This document shows, piece by piece, positions 19,106-28,350 of a DNA stretch of 64,000 nt (position 1 is the first letter of the stretch; every line of letters starts with the position of its first letter). Under the pieces are notes generated by a model that worked only from the letters and a program-made list of their open reading frames with translations, was not told the DNA's origin and ran no database searches. The position numbers and the translations under genes are program-made. The stretch is taken from positions 124,001 to 188,000 of IMG/VR virus record IMGVR_UViG_3300022921_000002, one strand, 5' to 3'.

Positions 19106-19900
19106 ATGACCAAATTTCTATCAACAACAGCCCTTGTATTTGCGGGTACAGCGGCATTTGCAGATCAAGCAACAACACCAGCAGTCACACTTAGTGGCGA
19201 AATTGAAACAGTAATCGCTGAAGGTCTGAATGATAAATGGGGTGCAACTACTTCATTCGGTTTTGATGGCGCTTTGACAAACGGCGCTGCAACAGGTTCA
19301 ATGGAATTTGTTGTTGACTCTGATAATGATCTAACACTTGACGGTTGGTCAATGGGTACTAATGTTGCAGGAGTTGCAATGTCTTTTGGTGACCAAGGTA
19401 ACATTTGGTTTGACACAGAATCTGGTGCGACAATTGAAGAACCAACAATGGCAGATGAAAGCTTGTCTCTCGGTGTAGGTAGTGCAACCGTTGCGTTGGC
19501 ATTCACTGATATTGGTACGGACGTAACTGATATTGCTAACGTACAAGGTGCATACGGTCTGAACGTTGGCATTGCTAATATAACTGCAGCAGGTGATTAC
19601 AACATTGATTCCGAAGAATGGGTAGTTGGTGGCCGCGCTGATACAGCAGGAATGCTTGACAGTGTTCGTCTAGGTGGTGCCGCAACATACGGTTCTGCGT
19701 CAGAGAACATTGCTTTTGAAGCAGATGCTACTGTAATGGGCCTGACTGCATATGTTGCAGGTGACCAGGATGATCTTGCACAAAATATCGGTGGTTCATA
19801 TACATATGACCTAGGTGGTATTGATCTAAAAGGTGCTGTTGACTATGACATTGATGCAGAAACATATGCACCATCTGTAACAGCGACATTCGCATTTTAA
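19106..19900 (+). CDS. outer-membrane porin-like beta-barrel protein
   Basis: Signal peptide ending AAFA, VTLSGE start, alternating amphipathic strands, very acidic, C-terminal ATFAF. Confidence 0.75.
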   Translation: MTKFLSTTALVFAGTAAFADQATTPAVTLSGEIETVIAEGLNDKWGATTSFGFDGALTNGAATGSMEFVVDSDNDLTLDGWSMGTNVAGVAMSFGDQGNIWFDTESGATIEEPTMADESLSLGVGSATVALAFTDIGTDVTDIANVQGAYGLNVGIANITAAGDYNIDSEEWVVGGRADTAGMLDSVRLGGAATYGSASENIAFEADATVMGLTAYVAGDQDDLAQNIGGSYTYDLGGIDLKGAVDYDIDAETYAPSVTATFAF

Positions 19901-19926
19901 AAAGTAATATTGTATAAATTTTAGAC

Positions 19927-19956
19927 GGGGTGGCATTAATTTGTCACCCCTTTTTT
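19927..19956 (+). terminator. rho-independent terminator
   Basis: GGGGTGGCA-TTAATT-TGTCACCCC-TTTTTT. Confidence 0.85.
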
Positions 19957-19996
19957 CATTATAAATAACTATATCATACCACGGAGGAAATTTATA

Positions 19997-20536
19997 ATGA
20001 GCAACGAGTTGAAAAAATTAACGTGGGATCATCATCAAGCAGCAGAACGGCGGGCATTTGCTCGTAAGCTTTTAAGAGGCGAGTTATCGGACTACGAATA
20101 TTATATATTCCTGGTCTGCCAATGGCACAATTATACACCACTTGAAAATGCTGTTATTATTCCACCTAATCTCAATGCTATATATCGAGCGGACCGTATC
20201 AAAGCTGATATGCAGGAACTCGAAAAACTACACGGATTTGGCCACCCATCGGCATTACCAACATCCGTAAAAGAATACCAAAACCATATTGGTCAACTTA
20301 CCGAATCTGAAAACAATCATGGTTTGCTTGCCCATATGTATACTAGGCATTTTGGTGAACTACACGGTGGACAAATAATCAAAAAGAAAGCACCGGGCTC
20401 AGGTACTATGTATGAGTTTGAAGGTGATAAAGAATTGCTTATCTCAGAGTTTAGAAAACTTCTTGACGATAGCATGGCACCCGAGGCAAAAAAGTGTTTT
20501 GAATTTGCCTCAAAATTATTTGATGAATTGTCATAA
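19997..20536 (+). CDS. hemO: heme oxygenase (Ho1/HemO type)
   Basis: Proximal His in TWDHHQAAE; AHMYTRHFGELHGGQII distal helix; TATAAATA at 19960. Confidence 0.88.
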   Translation: MSNELKKLTWDHHQAAERRAFARKLLRGELSDYEYYIFLVCQWHNYTPLENAVIIPPNLNAIYRADRIKADMQELEKLHGFGHPSALPTSVKEYQNHIGQLTESENNHGLLAHMYTRHFGELHGGQIIKKKAPGSGTMYEFEGDKELLISEFRKLLDDSMAPEAKKCFEFASKLFDELS

Positions 20537-20606
20537 TATAATTGACAATCCAAGTTTTGTGATATAAAATAATACTATAATACAACATATTCTAAGGAGG
20601 AATCAA

Positions 20607-20774
20607 ATGCAAGATAACGCATTAGAAGACATTAACCTTAAACCTAAGAAACGTGCAGATCGACTTTCAAGAAGTATCAGCGCAAGGCGAAGGCGGAAAA
20701 TGTTGAAACAAGTAAGAGAAACGCGCTTACTAAACGCATATGCCAAATTGAAAAGGGCACGCAGAAAGAAATGA
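20607..20774 (+). CDS. small very basic protein, 55 aa
   Basis: Hand-translated MQDNALEDINLKPKKRADRLSRSISARRRRKMLKQVRETRLLNAYAKLKRARRKK; AAGGAGG RBS; ATGA overlap with the next gene. Confidence 0.7.
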   Translation: MQDNALEDINLKPKKRADRLSRSISARRRRKMLKQVRETRLLNAYAKLKRARRKK

Positions 20775-21454
20775 CACCACTATGGGATCGGCTTAACAGC
20801 TATGCTGAATACATATCAAATTCATTTGATAATAAGTTTAAGCGATATGATAACCAAAAATATACTGATGATATGCACTTTCCTGGATGGACTGATACCT
20901 TTTGGAATTCAGATCAAATCTACAAAGCGCATTTGAAAACCATTGTACCAGAAAACGGTAAAGGTTTATGGTTGATGCACGTTAACGTATTTCCAAAAGC
21001 AAATATTGAATTACCTATTCTTGGGTTTGATATTGTTGCCGGTCCCAAAAAGATTACAGGATCATTTATGGACTTTTCACCATTGTTAGGTTTTGCACAT
21101 CCTTACCATGATTATATGGAACGGCGAGTTGCTAACCTAGAATGGAATAAACCACGTGAATTACCACCGTGGGCAAAAGAAATCTTTTCAAGTGATATGC
21201 TTGCGGTTGGTAATATTAATACTGATGATGAGCTTAATCAGTTTATACAAGTGACAACTGATTTGGTAGATTATTATCTCGACAACCTTGATGATAACAC
21301 ATTTTACAGTCGGCGTGAAACAACACCTCTATTAAATAAGTATTGTCAAAATCAAAAATTAAATCCACATTTGCACCGATCCATTTTAGCAATGGGTATA
21401 TCCGAAGAAGATAAAGATGAATATGTAAATAACGTGCTATTCGAGGAGATTTAA
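20771..21454 (+). CDS. pcyX: ferredoxin-dependent bilin reductase (PcyA/PcyX-like)
   Basis: GLWLMH70VNVFP, PILGFD87IVAG, FMDFSP, RELPPWAKEIFS, YCQNQKLNPHL; adjacent to heme oxygenase. Confidence 0.82.
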   Translation: MTPLWDRLNSYAEYISNSFDNKFKRYDNQKYTDDMHFPGWTDTFWNSDQIYKAHLKTIVPENGKGLWLMHVNVFPKANIELPILGFDIVAGPKKITGSFMDFSPLLGFAHPYHDYMERRVANLEWNKPRELPPWAKEIFSSDMLAVGNINTDDELNQFIQVTTDLVDYYLDNLDDNTFYSRRETTPLLNKYCQNQKLNPHLHRSILAMGISEEDKDEYVNNVLFEEI

Positions 21455-22114
21455 ATGGCGTTTTTAGTACATCCCTTGCCACCAGTAAACGTATATGTTA
21501 AAATGGAATATCTATACGATTTGGATTTCGCTGACGACCGAGGATGGGGTAACTTAACTCCTGGCATTTGGATTAGTGTTAAATCAACTCAATCAAAAGC
21601 GTTATATTTTGAAACACTTCTTACAGACTATGGAGCATTATATGATAAATTACCTATATCAGCTTTTGTTTGGAAAGAAGACTTCGATCTTGAAGACCAG
21701 CTTCCACTTGATGTTCTTCAGCTTTGGGATTGTTTTGATTACGACCTTACCGTTATCCAAAAGCCAATCTTGTGTAGGTGTGAGTTTTTTGGAAAAGACA
21801 AAAAGATGCACGCAGGAGAATACGAATTTACCATAGATAATGCTCACAGAGATAACGCATATCTCGATACTAATTTTTCAGAACACGATCCAGAGCACAA
21901 ATCATTTAATGTTATTAGACTTGATAATGGTCAATTCGCTGCTCAACCAAACAACAGAGTTATATGGAGAGACAGTTCATTAACACCTGCTAATTTGAAA
22001 CGACCTGATTTTAAAGTGTGTACTCAAAACTACGCAGTAGAAGATCAACCCAAATGGTCGGTTGGCCACACTGATGAATGGCAATATAAAACAAAAGAGG
22101 AAGAAAACGGTTGA
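21455..22114 (+). CDS. conserved hypothetical protein (marine phage type)
   Basis: 219-aa ORF; LYDKLPISAF, QLWDCF, NGQFAAQPNNRVIW. Confidence 0.75.
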   Translation: MAFLVHPLPPVNVYVKMEYLYDLDFADDRGWGNLTPGIWISVKSTQSKALYFETLLTDYGALYDKLPISAFVWKEDFDLEDQLPLDVLQLWDCFDYDLTVIQKPILCRCEFFGKDKKMHAGEYEFTIDNAHRDNAYLDTNFSEHDPEHKSFNVIRLDNGQFAAQPNNRVIWRDSSLTPANLKRPDFKVCTQNYAVEDQPKWSVGHTDEWQYKTKEEENG

Positions 22115-22270
22115 CAATAAATGGATGTTGTGATAATATTAATATTGTAAGGAATCAAACAATAGCTGAGTTTGATAACCATAGGTATTTAATTACTTTA
22201 CATTATTGTAAGTCTTGCGGGTCTAAAAAGGCCAGCTCAAACATAACTCATATTAAAAAGGAGAAAACAG

Positions 22271-22474
22271 ATGTATGTTAAACACGTACTAGGCGAACGC
22301 AATAAATTGATGTATCGTGCTGAAATTCATAAAGATAATGAAGGAACATATTCTATTCGTTATTTCTCGGAAGCACAAGAAATTAAACGTGAAACTTTTG
22401 AAGGAAAATCTATCCACTATGTCGAGGATGCGGCTGATAATTGGATCAGTGGGATTAAGACATTAAATGGATAG
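22271..22474 (+). CDS. hypothetical protein
   Basis: AAGGAG RBS. Confidence 0.6.
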   Translation: MYVKHVLGERNKLMYRAEIHKDNEGTYSIRYFSEAQEIKRETFEGKSIHYVEDAADNWISGIKTLNG

Positions 22475-22661
22475 CAATAACATACCTGAAATCCGTGGTA
22501 ATACTTATGGTGTTGAAATTCAAATAAAAGATAGACCTTTTGTGAAAATTAATGGAAACATAGTTTATGAGGACAAGAAAGATGTAATGCTTTTTTGGAC
22601 AGCCTATAGAATGGGAAGGGACCATAAGAAAAATGAAATTAGACACGCGTTGGGACTTTAG
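22467..22661 (+). CDS. hypothetical protein
   Basis: Packed between neighbours; 64 aa. Confidence 0.55.
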   Translation: MDSNNIPEIRGNTYGVEIQIKDRPFVKINGNIVYEDKKDVMLFWTAYRMGRDHKKNEIRHALGL

Positions 22662-22665
22662 ACAA

Positions 22666-22905
22666 ATGATTACACCGCCAAGGTCGCCTGAAAAAATCCA
22701 CCATGAAATTGCGGACATGCTGGCCAACGGTGTAAATTATATTGATGCGTTAGTTGAATATGCACGCAAGAATAATCTAGAAATCGAGGCAGTTGCTGAT
22801 ATCGTAAAGAAATCATCAATACTTAAAGAGAAACTTAGATCAGAAGCTGTGCAATTGAGATTGGTTGAAAAAGATGATAAAGACATCACAGAGCTTTGCA
22901 AATGA
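22666..22905 (+). CDS. 33: late transcription coactivator gp33
   Basis: NYIDALVEYARKNNLEIEAVADIVKKS.ILKEKL..EA..L; precedes gp59 and gp32. Confidence 0.85.
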   Translation: MITPPRSPEKIHHEIADMLANGVNYIDALVEYARKNNLEIEAVADIVKKSSILKEKLRSEAVQLRLVEKDDKDITELCK

Positions 22906-23476
22906 GGAAACTTTTCAGCTCTATATAAAATATCTTGCAATGAAAAAACACTTTACCACGGACGGTTATGACTATCAAAAATATCGTGGTAAAGTAAGAG
23001 CCAAATTTGAAACATATCGCACACGTAACGATGTTTTCTTCTTTCACAAATTGTCAACTAAGGATGAGCCAATAAATCAATTGTTGGCTAATATGGTTGT
23101 TAATCCTAATTCATGGATACGTGATATTGTTGAAGACATTGGTGATGAGCGATACGTTGATTGGCGCAAAAAGATGGATGCGTTAAGTTATACTTTTAAA
23201 TCTGATTTGAGTAAACTTGACGATAACTACCAAGCAAATTTTGTAACACCAGACGGACAGCATCCGCATATCTTACGTCTATATTTACAAAAGCAAATAT
23301 CACTTGAGACGTTTACAATAATTACCAATTTATCAAACATTTTTCCTTATTGGGATGATAATTTGGTTGACAAAATCGTTGCTCGTGATATAATTAGATT
23401 ATCCAAGAAATACAAACCGTTCTTGGAAATAAATGAAAAAAAGTTCAAGGATATCATCCGTGATCGGTTTTTCTGA
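22874..23476 (+). CDS. 59: helicase loader gp59
   Basis: YIKYLAMKKHF..DGYDY.KYRGKV; ISLETF; KKYKPFL; synteny. Confidence 0.88.
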   Translation: MIKTSQSFANEETFQLYIKYLAMKKHFTTDGYDYQKYRGKVRAKFETYRTRNDVFFFHKLSTKDEPINQLLANMVVNPNSWIRDIVEDIGDERYVDWRKKMDALSYTFKSDLSKLDDNYQANFVTPDGQHPHILRLYLQKQISLETFTIITNLSNIFPYWDDNLVDKIVARDIIRLSKKYKPFLEINEKKFKDIIRDRFF

Positions 23477-23484
23477 TATAAATA
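23477..23484 (+). promoter_or_regulatory. late promoter upstream of gp32
   Basis: TATAAATA. Confidence 0.6.
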
Positions 23485-23556
23485 GTTGGTTAACTGATGT
23501 TAACTACATTTCGCAACATAAAACGCTATACAAAGCAATATTAAGGAGATACGTAT

Positions 23557-24498
23557 ATGACTATGTCATTTGATGCACTCAAAAAGAATCGTTCAAGTTC
23601 TTTAAATAAATTGAACCAACAGCTCGACAAGATTTCTCAAAAGAGCTACTCTGATCCCAATGAAGGTAAAATGTGGAAACCAACTCGTGACAAAGCGGGT
23701 AATGGTTTTGCTATCATTCGTTTCTTGCCTGCCCCTCAAGGTGAAGAAATGCCATTCGTTCGTATTTGGGATCACGGTTTTCAAGGCCCAACAGGTCTGT
23801 GGTACATTGAAAACTCATTAACAACAATCGGTGCGGATGACCCGGTTTCAGAATTTAATTCAAAATTGTGGAACTCAGGTATTGAGTCCGATAAAGAACA
23901 GGCACGCAAACAGAAGCGTCGTCTGAAGTATGTTGCCAATGTCCTTATTGTAAAAGACAGCGCAAACCCTGATAATGACGGCAAGGTCTTTATGTACCAA
24001 TTCGGTAAAAAGATCTTCGACAAACTGAATGATATGATGAACCCTCAGTTCGAGGATGAAACACCAGTAAACCCATTTGATTTTTGGGAAGGTGCAAATT
24101 TCCGTTTGAAAATCCGTAAGTTTGAAGGATATCCAAACTATGACAAATCAGAATTTGATTCACCGTCACCTATTGCCGAAGATGATGCAGAAATCGAAGC
24201 TATCTGGAACCAACAGCATAAACTGCAAGAGTTGGTTGATCCAAAGAACTTCAAAGATTATAATGAATTGAAAGCAAAGCTACACCGTGTACTTGCTTTG
24301 AATGAAGAACCATCTGATCCAACAACTGCTGTTGGTGACGCCGATGATGATCTTGATTTGAGTAGCCTGGGTAATGCAGCAACGTCGGCACCTCAACCGA
24401 CAATGCCTACCGCAATGCCTGAAACATCATCCACAACCATGTCAATGGACGACGATGATGAAGATCTTTCAATCTTTAAGGAACTAGCAAATGGTTAG
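23557..24498 (+). CDS. 32: single-stranded DNA-binding protein gp32
   Basis: DKAGNGFAIIRFLP, HGFQGPTGLWYIENSLTT, FDFWEGANF.LK, acidic tail. Confidence 0.95.
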   Translation: MTMSFDALKKNRSSSLNKLNQQLDKISQKSYSDPNEGKMWKPTRDKAGNGFAIIRFLPAPQGEEMPFVRIWDHGFQGPTGLWYIENSLTTIGADDPVSEFNSKLWNSGIESDKEQARKQKRRLKYVANVLIVKDSANPDNDGKVFMYQFGKKIFDKLNDMMNPQFEDETPVNPFDFWEGANFRLKIRKFEGYPNYDKSEFDSPSPIAEDDAEIEAIWNQQHKLQELVDPKNFKDYNELKAKLHRVLALNEEPSDPTTAVGDADDDLDLSSLGNAATSAPQPTMPTAMPETSSTTMSMDDDDEDLSIFKELANG

Positions 24499-24817
24499 TA
24501 AAACCTACGAAGAGGTTTTAGACTTTGACTTCGGCTTCAGCTTCATTGATGAAGAGCTTCAGGAAAAAGAAGCTGCTGCCGAGGAAAAAATTCAAGAAGT
24601 CAGTAGTGAAAAGCAATCACTCGAGGATCAACTTAATGATGCTAAAGTAGCTGCCGATGACTTTGAATATCGTCTAGAACTTTTATTCAAATCTGTAACA
24701 CCTTTTCTGGATAATCTATGTAAGAACCCAGATAAGTCAACAATCTATTGGCCCGATAGAGTCGGGAAAATACAATCATATAAAGAAAAACTAATGACGA
24801 TTGTAGAGGGAAAATAA
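24491..24817 (+). CDS. conserved hypothetical protein
   Basis: FDFGFS...PFLDNLCKNPDKSTIYWPDR. Confidence 0.7.
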   Translation: MVSKTYEEVLDFDFGFSFIDEELQEKEAAAEEKIQEVSSEKQSLEDQLNDAKVAADDFEYRLELLFKSVTPFLDNLCKNPDKSTIYWPDRVGKIQSYKEKLMTIVEGK

Positions 24818-24818
24818 T

Positions 24819-25907
24819 ATGAGTCTTTTAGACAAACTTGTGAAGAATTCTACCATTAAACTGACGGCACAGTTATCTGAGTCAAAAGTTTTTGGTAAGA
24901 AAGAAATGGCACCAACACCTGTACCTATGGTAAATGTTGCGCTGTCAGGTCGTGTTGATGGTGGACTATCACCAGGTCTCCTTGTTTTGGCAGGTCCATC
25001 AAAACACTTTAAGTCGGCGTTTGCTTTGCTAACAGCAGCCGCTTATTTAAACAAGCATGAAGATGCAATCTTGCTCTTTTATGATTCGGAATTTGGTACA
25101 CCTCAATCATATTTTGAATCATTTGGTATTGACATGGATCGAGTCGTCCATACACCAATCACCAATGTTGAAGAACTCAAATTTGATGTTACGAAACAGT
25201 TGGACGGTATTGAGAAAAAAGATAATGTTTGTATTATCATTGACTCAGTCGGTAACCTTGCATCTAAGAAAGAAGTCGAAGATGCGATGAATGAAAAATC
25301 AGTTGCTGATATGTCTCGAGCAAAGGCACTGAAATCATTGTTCCGTATTGTTACACCACATCTTAATTTGAAAGATATCCCACTGATTGCGGTAAACCAT
25401 ACTTATCAGGAAATTGGTTTGTTTCCTAAAGCTATTGTTTCAGGTGGGACTGGTATTTATTACTCTGCTGATGCAATTTGGATTATTGGTCGCCAACAGG
25501 ATAAGGTTGGTACTGAAATTCAAGGTTATCACTTTGTTATTAATATTGAAAAATCACGCCATGTTAAAGAAAAATCTAAAATTCCAATTAGTGTAAGTTG
25601 GGATGGCGGTATTGTGAAGTGGTCTGGTTTGATGGATGTAGCTGAAAAAGGTGGTTACCTCCGTAAACCAAAAGTTGGTTGGTATGAAGCAGTTAACCCA
25701 GAAACCGGTGAGGTTATTTCTGAAAAGCTGATGCGTGCCAAAGAGGTTAACGATAACAAAGAGTTTTGGCTAATGATGTTTGAGAAAACTGATCTCACAA
25801 CATATATTAAAGAAGCCTTTACAATTGGAGCCTCAGGTAGTATTATGCGTGAAGAAACGGATGAACCTGAAGTAATTGAAGATCTTGTTGTGGATACCGA
25901 AGAATAA
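24819..25907 (+). CDS. uvsX: RecA-like recombinase UvsX
   Basis: AGPSKHFKS, FYDSEFG, IIDSVGNLAS, VSGGTG.YYSAD. Confidence 0.96.
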   Translation: MSLLDKLVKNSTIKLTAQLSESKVFGKKEMAPTPVPMVNVALSGRVDGGLSPGLLVLAGPSKHFKSAFALLTAAAYLNKHEDAILLFYDSEFGTPQSYFESFGIDMDRVVHTPITNVEELKFDVTKQLDGIEKKDNVCIIIDSVGNLASKKEVEDAMNEKSVADMSRAKALKSLFRIVTPHLNLKDIPLIAVNHTYQEIGLFPKAIVSGGTGIYYSADAIWIIGRQQDKVGTEIQGYHFVINIEKSRHVKEKSKIPISVSWDGGIVKWSGLMDVAEKGGYLRKPKVGWYEAVNPETGEVISEKLMRAKEVNDNKEFWLMMFEKTDLTTYIKEAFTIGASGSIMREETDEPEVIEDLVVDTEE

Positions 25908-25944
25908 CAGTTGACAAGTTCTTACATCTGTAATACAATTAATA

Positions 25945-25974
25945 TTGTGGCGGGTAACTTATTGCTCGCCACAA
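25945..25974 (+). promoter_or_regulatory. 13-bp stem hairpin in the gp41 leader
   Basis: TTGTGGCGGGTAA-CTTA-TTGCTCGCCACAA, downstream of TTGACA/TACAAT. Confidence 0.55.
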
Positions 25975-25998
25975 ATCATCTCAACTTATGGATATCCA

Positions 25999-27417
25999 AT
26001 GATTGAAAAAACAGTATTAACAAACCTTATATTTAACCGTGAGTATTTTCAAAAGGTATTTCCGTATATTAAATCGGATTACTTTGAGGATGCTAATATC
26101 AAAAAGATCTTTGATACATATTCGTCATATGTTGAAGATTACAAAGAACCACCTTCCGTCGAAGCACTCAAGCTGTCCGTTGATAAACGTAAAGATTTGA
26201 ATGAAGATACCTATAAAGGTGTTATGACTGAAATTGATACAATGGCAATTGATGAGAATACTAACTTTGATTGGTTGGTAGGTGAAACAGAAAAATTCTG
26301 TCAAGACCGTGATTTATATAATGCAATTCGTAAAGCAATTTTGGTTGTTGATGGCACTGATAAAGAATTTGATAAAGGTGCCTTACCTCAACTTTTGAGT
26401 GACTCACTTTCTGTTAATTTTGATACATCAATCGGCCATGATTACTTTGAAGATTATGACTCTCGATATGACTTTTATCATAAGAAAGAAGAGCGTATTC
26501 CATTCGATATTGAATTACTTAACAAGATTACTAAAGGTGGTTTGCCGCGCAAATCTATGACTGTATTGTTGGCAACAACAGGTGGTGGTAAATCATTAGT
26601 TAAATGCCATCATGCTGCATCGGCATTGATGCACGGTAACAATGTCTTATACATTACAATGGAAATGGCAGAAGAACGTATCTCTGAACGCATTGATGCT
26701 AATATGATGGATGTAACAATTGATGAAGTTTCTGAAACCCCACGTGATGTATTTGCTAAACGTATTAATCGCTTCAAAGGCAAAACAACAGGCAAACTTG
26801 TTGTTAAAGAATATCCAACAGGTTCGGCTCACGTTGGTCATTTCCGACATTTGCTAAACGAATTAAAAATGAAACGCAACTTCACTCCTGATATTATCTT
26901 TATTGATTATCTAAACATATGTGCGTCGGCACGTGTCAAAGGTGCAGCTGCAGCTAACTCATATACATTAGTTAAATCAATTGCCGAGGAGGTGCGTGGT
27001 CTTGCTATGGAATACAATTGTGCCGTTGTTACTAGTTCTCAGTTTAACCGTGATGGGTATGGTAATTCTGATGTGGATCTTACGAATACTTCTGAATCCA
27101 TGGGTATTACTCATACTGCTGATTGTATTATTGGCTTGATCTCATCTGAAGAACTCGACAACCTTGGTCAATTAATGTTTAAACAATTGAAAAATCGTTG
27201 GGGTGATTTGAATTATTTCCGCCGATTTGTTGTTGGTATTGACCGTGCTAAAATGAAACTGTATGACCTTGAGGATTATGCTCAGACAAGTATTAGCCAA
27301 GACACCGCTAATACAACACCACAACAACCAAGATCTTTTGATGATGCACCTGTATTTGATAAAGGCAATTTTGGTAAAAGTAAAAAGAAATTATTTGACT
27401 CAGGAGATTTAATGTAA
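25999..27417 (+). CDS. 41: replicative DnaB-like helicase gp41
   Basis: ATTGGGKS, YITMEMAE, IDYLNI, SSQFNR, KQLKNRWGD; start moved to ATG 25999. Confidence 0.95.
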   Translation: MIEKTVLTNLIFNREYFQKVFPYIKSDYFEDANIKKIFDTYSSYVEDYKEPPSVEALKLSVDKRKDLNEDTYKGVMTEIDTMAIDENTNFDWLVGETEKFCQDRDLYNAIRKAILVVDGTDKEFDKGALPQLLSDSLSVNFDTSIGHDYFEDYDSRYDFYHKKEERIPFDIELLNKITKGGLPRKSMTVLLATTGGGKSLVKCHHAASALMHGNNVLYITMEMAEERISERIDANMMDVTIDEVSETPRDVFAKRINRFKGKTTGKLVVKEYPTGSAHVGHFRHLLNELKMKRNFTPDIIFIDYLNICASARVKGAAAANSYTLVKSIAEEVRGLAMEYNCAVVTSSQFNRDGYGNSDVDLTNTSESMGITHTADCIIGLISSEELDNLGQLMFKQLKNRWGDLNYFRRFVVGIDRAKMKLYDLEDYAQTSISQDTANTTPQQPRSFDDAPVFDKGNFGKSKKKLFDSGDLM

Positions 27418-27608
27418 TGGCTTATGTTGTGACTCAAAAAGATAAACGTTGGCAGTTATACAATACGGAAAGTGACGAATGGATTGAAATAAATGTTAGT
27501 AAACGTGAGGCTAACAAGATGGCTCGTCGCCTAAACCTTGGGTCAGGTTTCTATCAATCACCTGTACCTTCCTTTTTTCAGAAATATAACAATTCAGCAG
27601 AATTATAA
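27417..27608 (+). CDS. hypothetical protein
   Basis: Coupled to the gp41 stop. Confidence 0.55.
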   Translation: MAYVVTQKDKRWQLYNTESDEWIEINVSKREANKMARRLNLGSGFYQSPVPSFFQKYNNSAEL

Positions 27609-27639
27609 ATAGTTTTAAATCAACACAGCGGAGCTTAAT

Positions 27640-28350
27640 ATGTTACGGTTTAAGACATTTATAAATGAGAAAAAAGATCCTGAAGCAAAGGAAAAGATGC
27701 ACCTTGCGCACTTTAATGACGAAGTAAATCGTGTTAAAAAAGAAACAGGCAAGGACCATGTGGTATTACATCATAATAACAAAAAGCATCAAATTACCCA
27801 TGCCGAAAAGGTTAGTGGTACACCGAAAGCCGATTTTAAACTACACGATAAAAAAGGCAATCACGTTTACGTTTCTCATAAGGATTATAAAGGTTCAGGT
27901 GATGCTGCTAAATCGTACAATCAATTAGGTGGTGTTTCAAAGTTTAAAGATCATCCCGCGGTTAAAAAATTCCAAAAAGCTATTGAAAAAGATCATGGTG
28001 GTACTGCCGAAGGAAAAGGCACTATTTCTATGCATCTCGACAATAAAAACAAACAACACCATGACCTAGTTAAAAAGGCATTGTTTGGTAAAGATCACGG
28101 CGGTAAGCACGGCAATGATGCGTGTCATAGTTTGATTCAAGGGCATATGAATTTGAAAAAGCATAAAGATGGGCATCATATTGACGCTCACCATATTATG
28201 CACCATGACGAGCCAATTAAACACGACTATCATATCTTTGCAAGAACAGCAAAAAGTGGTAGCTCAAAAAGAAACGATTTGGGACTAAAGCATACTCGTG
28301 TCGGCATTGGTATGAAAGCCGGGCGTAAAATATCTCACGAAGTTAAGTAA
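27640..28350 (+). CDS. His/Lys-rich putative head-packaged protein with PD-(D/E)XK-like motif
   Basis: TATAAATA at 27604; N-terminus MLRFKTFINE; TPKADF...VYVSHK. Confidence 0.55.
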   Translation: MLRFKTFINEKKDPEAKEKMHLAHFNDEVNRVKKETGKDHVVLHHNNKKHQITHAEKVSGTPKADFKLHDKKGNHVYVSHKDYKGSGDAAKSYNQLGGVSKFKDHPAVKKFQKAIEKDHGGTAEGKGTISMHLDNKNKQHHDLVKKALFGKDHGGKHGNDACHSLIQGHMNLKKHKDGHHIDAHHIMHHDEPIKHDYHIFARTAKSGSSKRNDLGLKHTRVGIGMKAGRKISHEVK

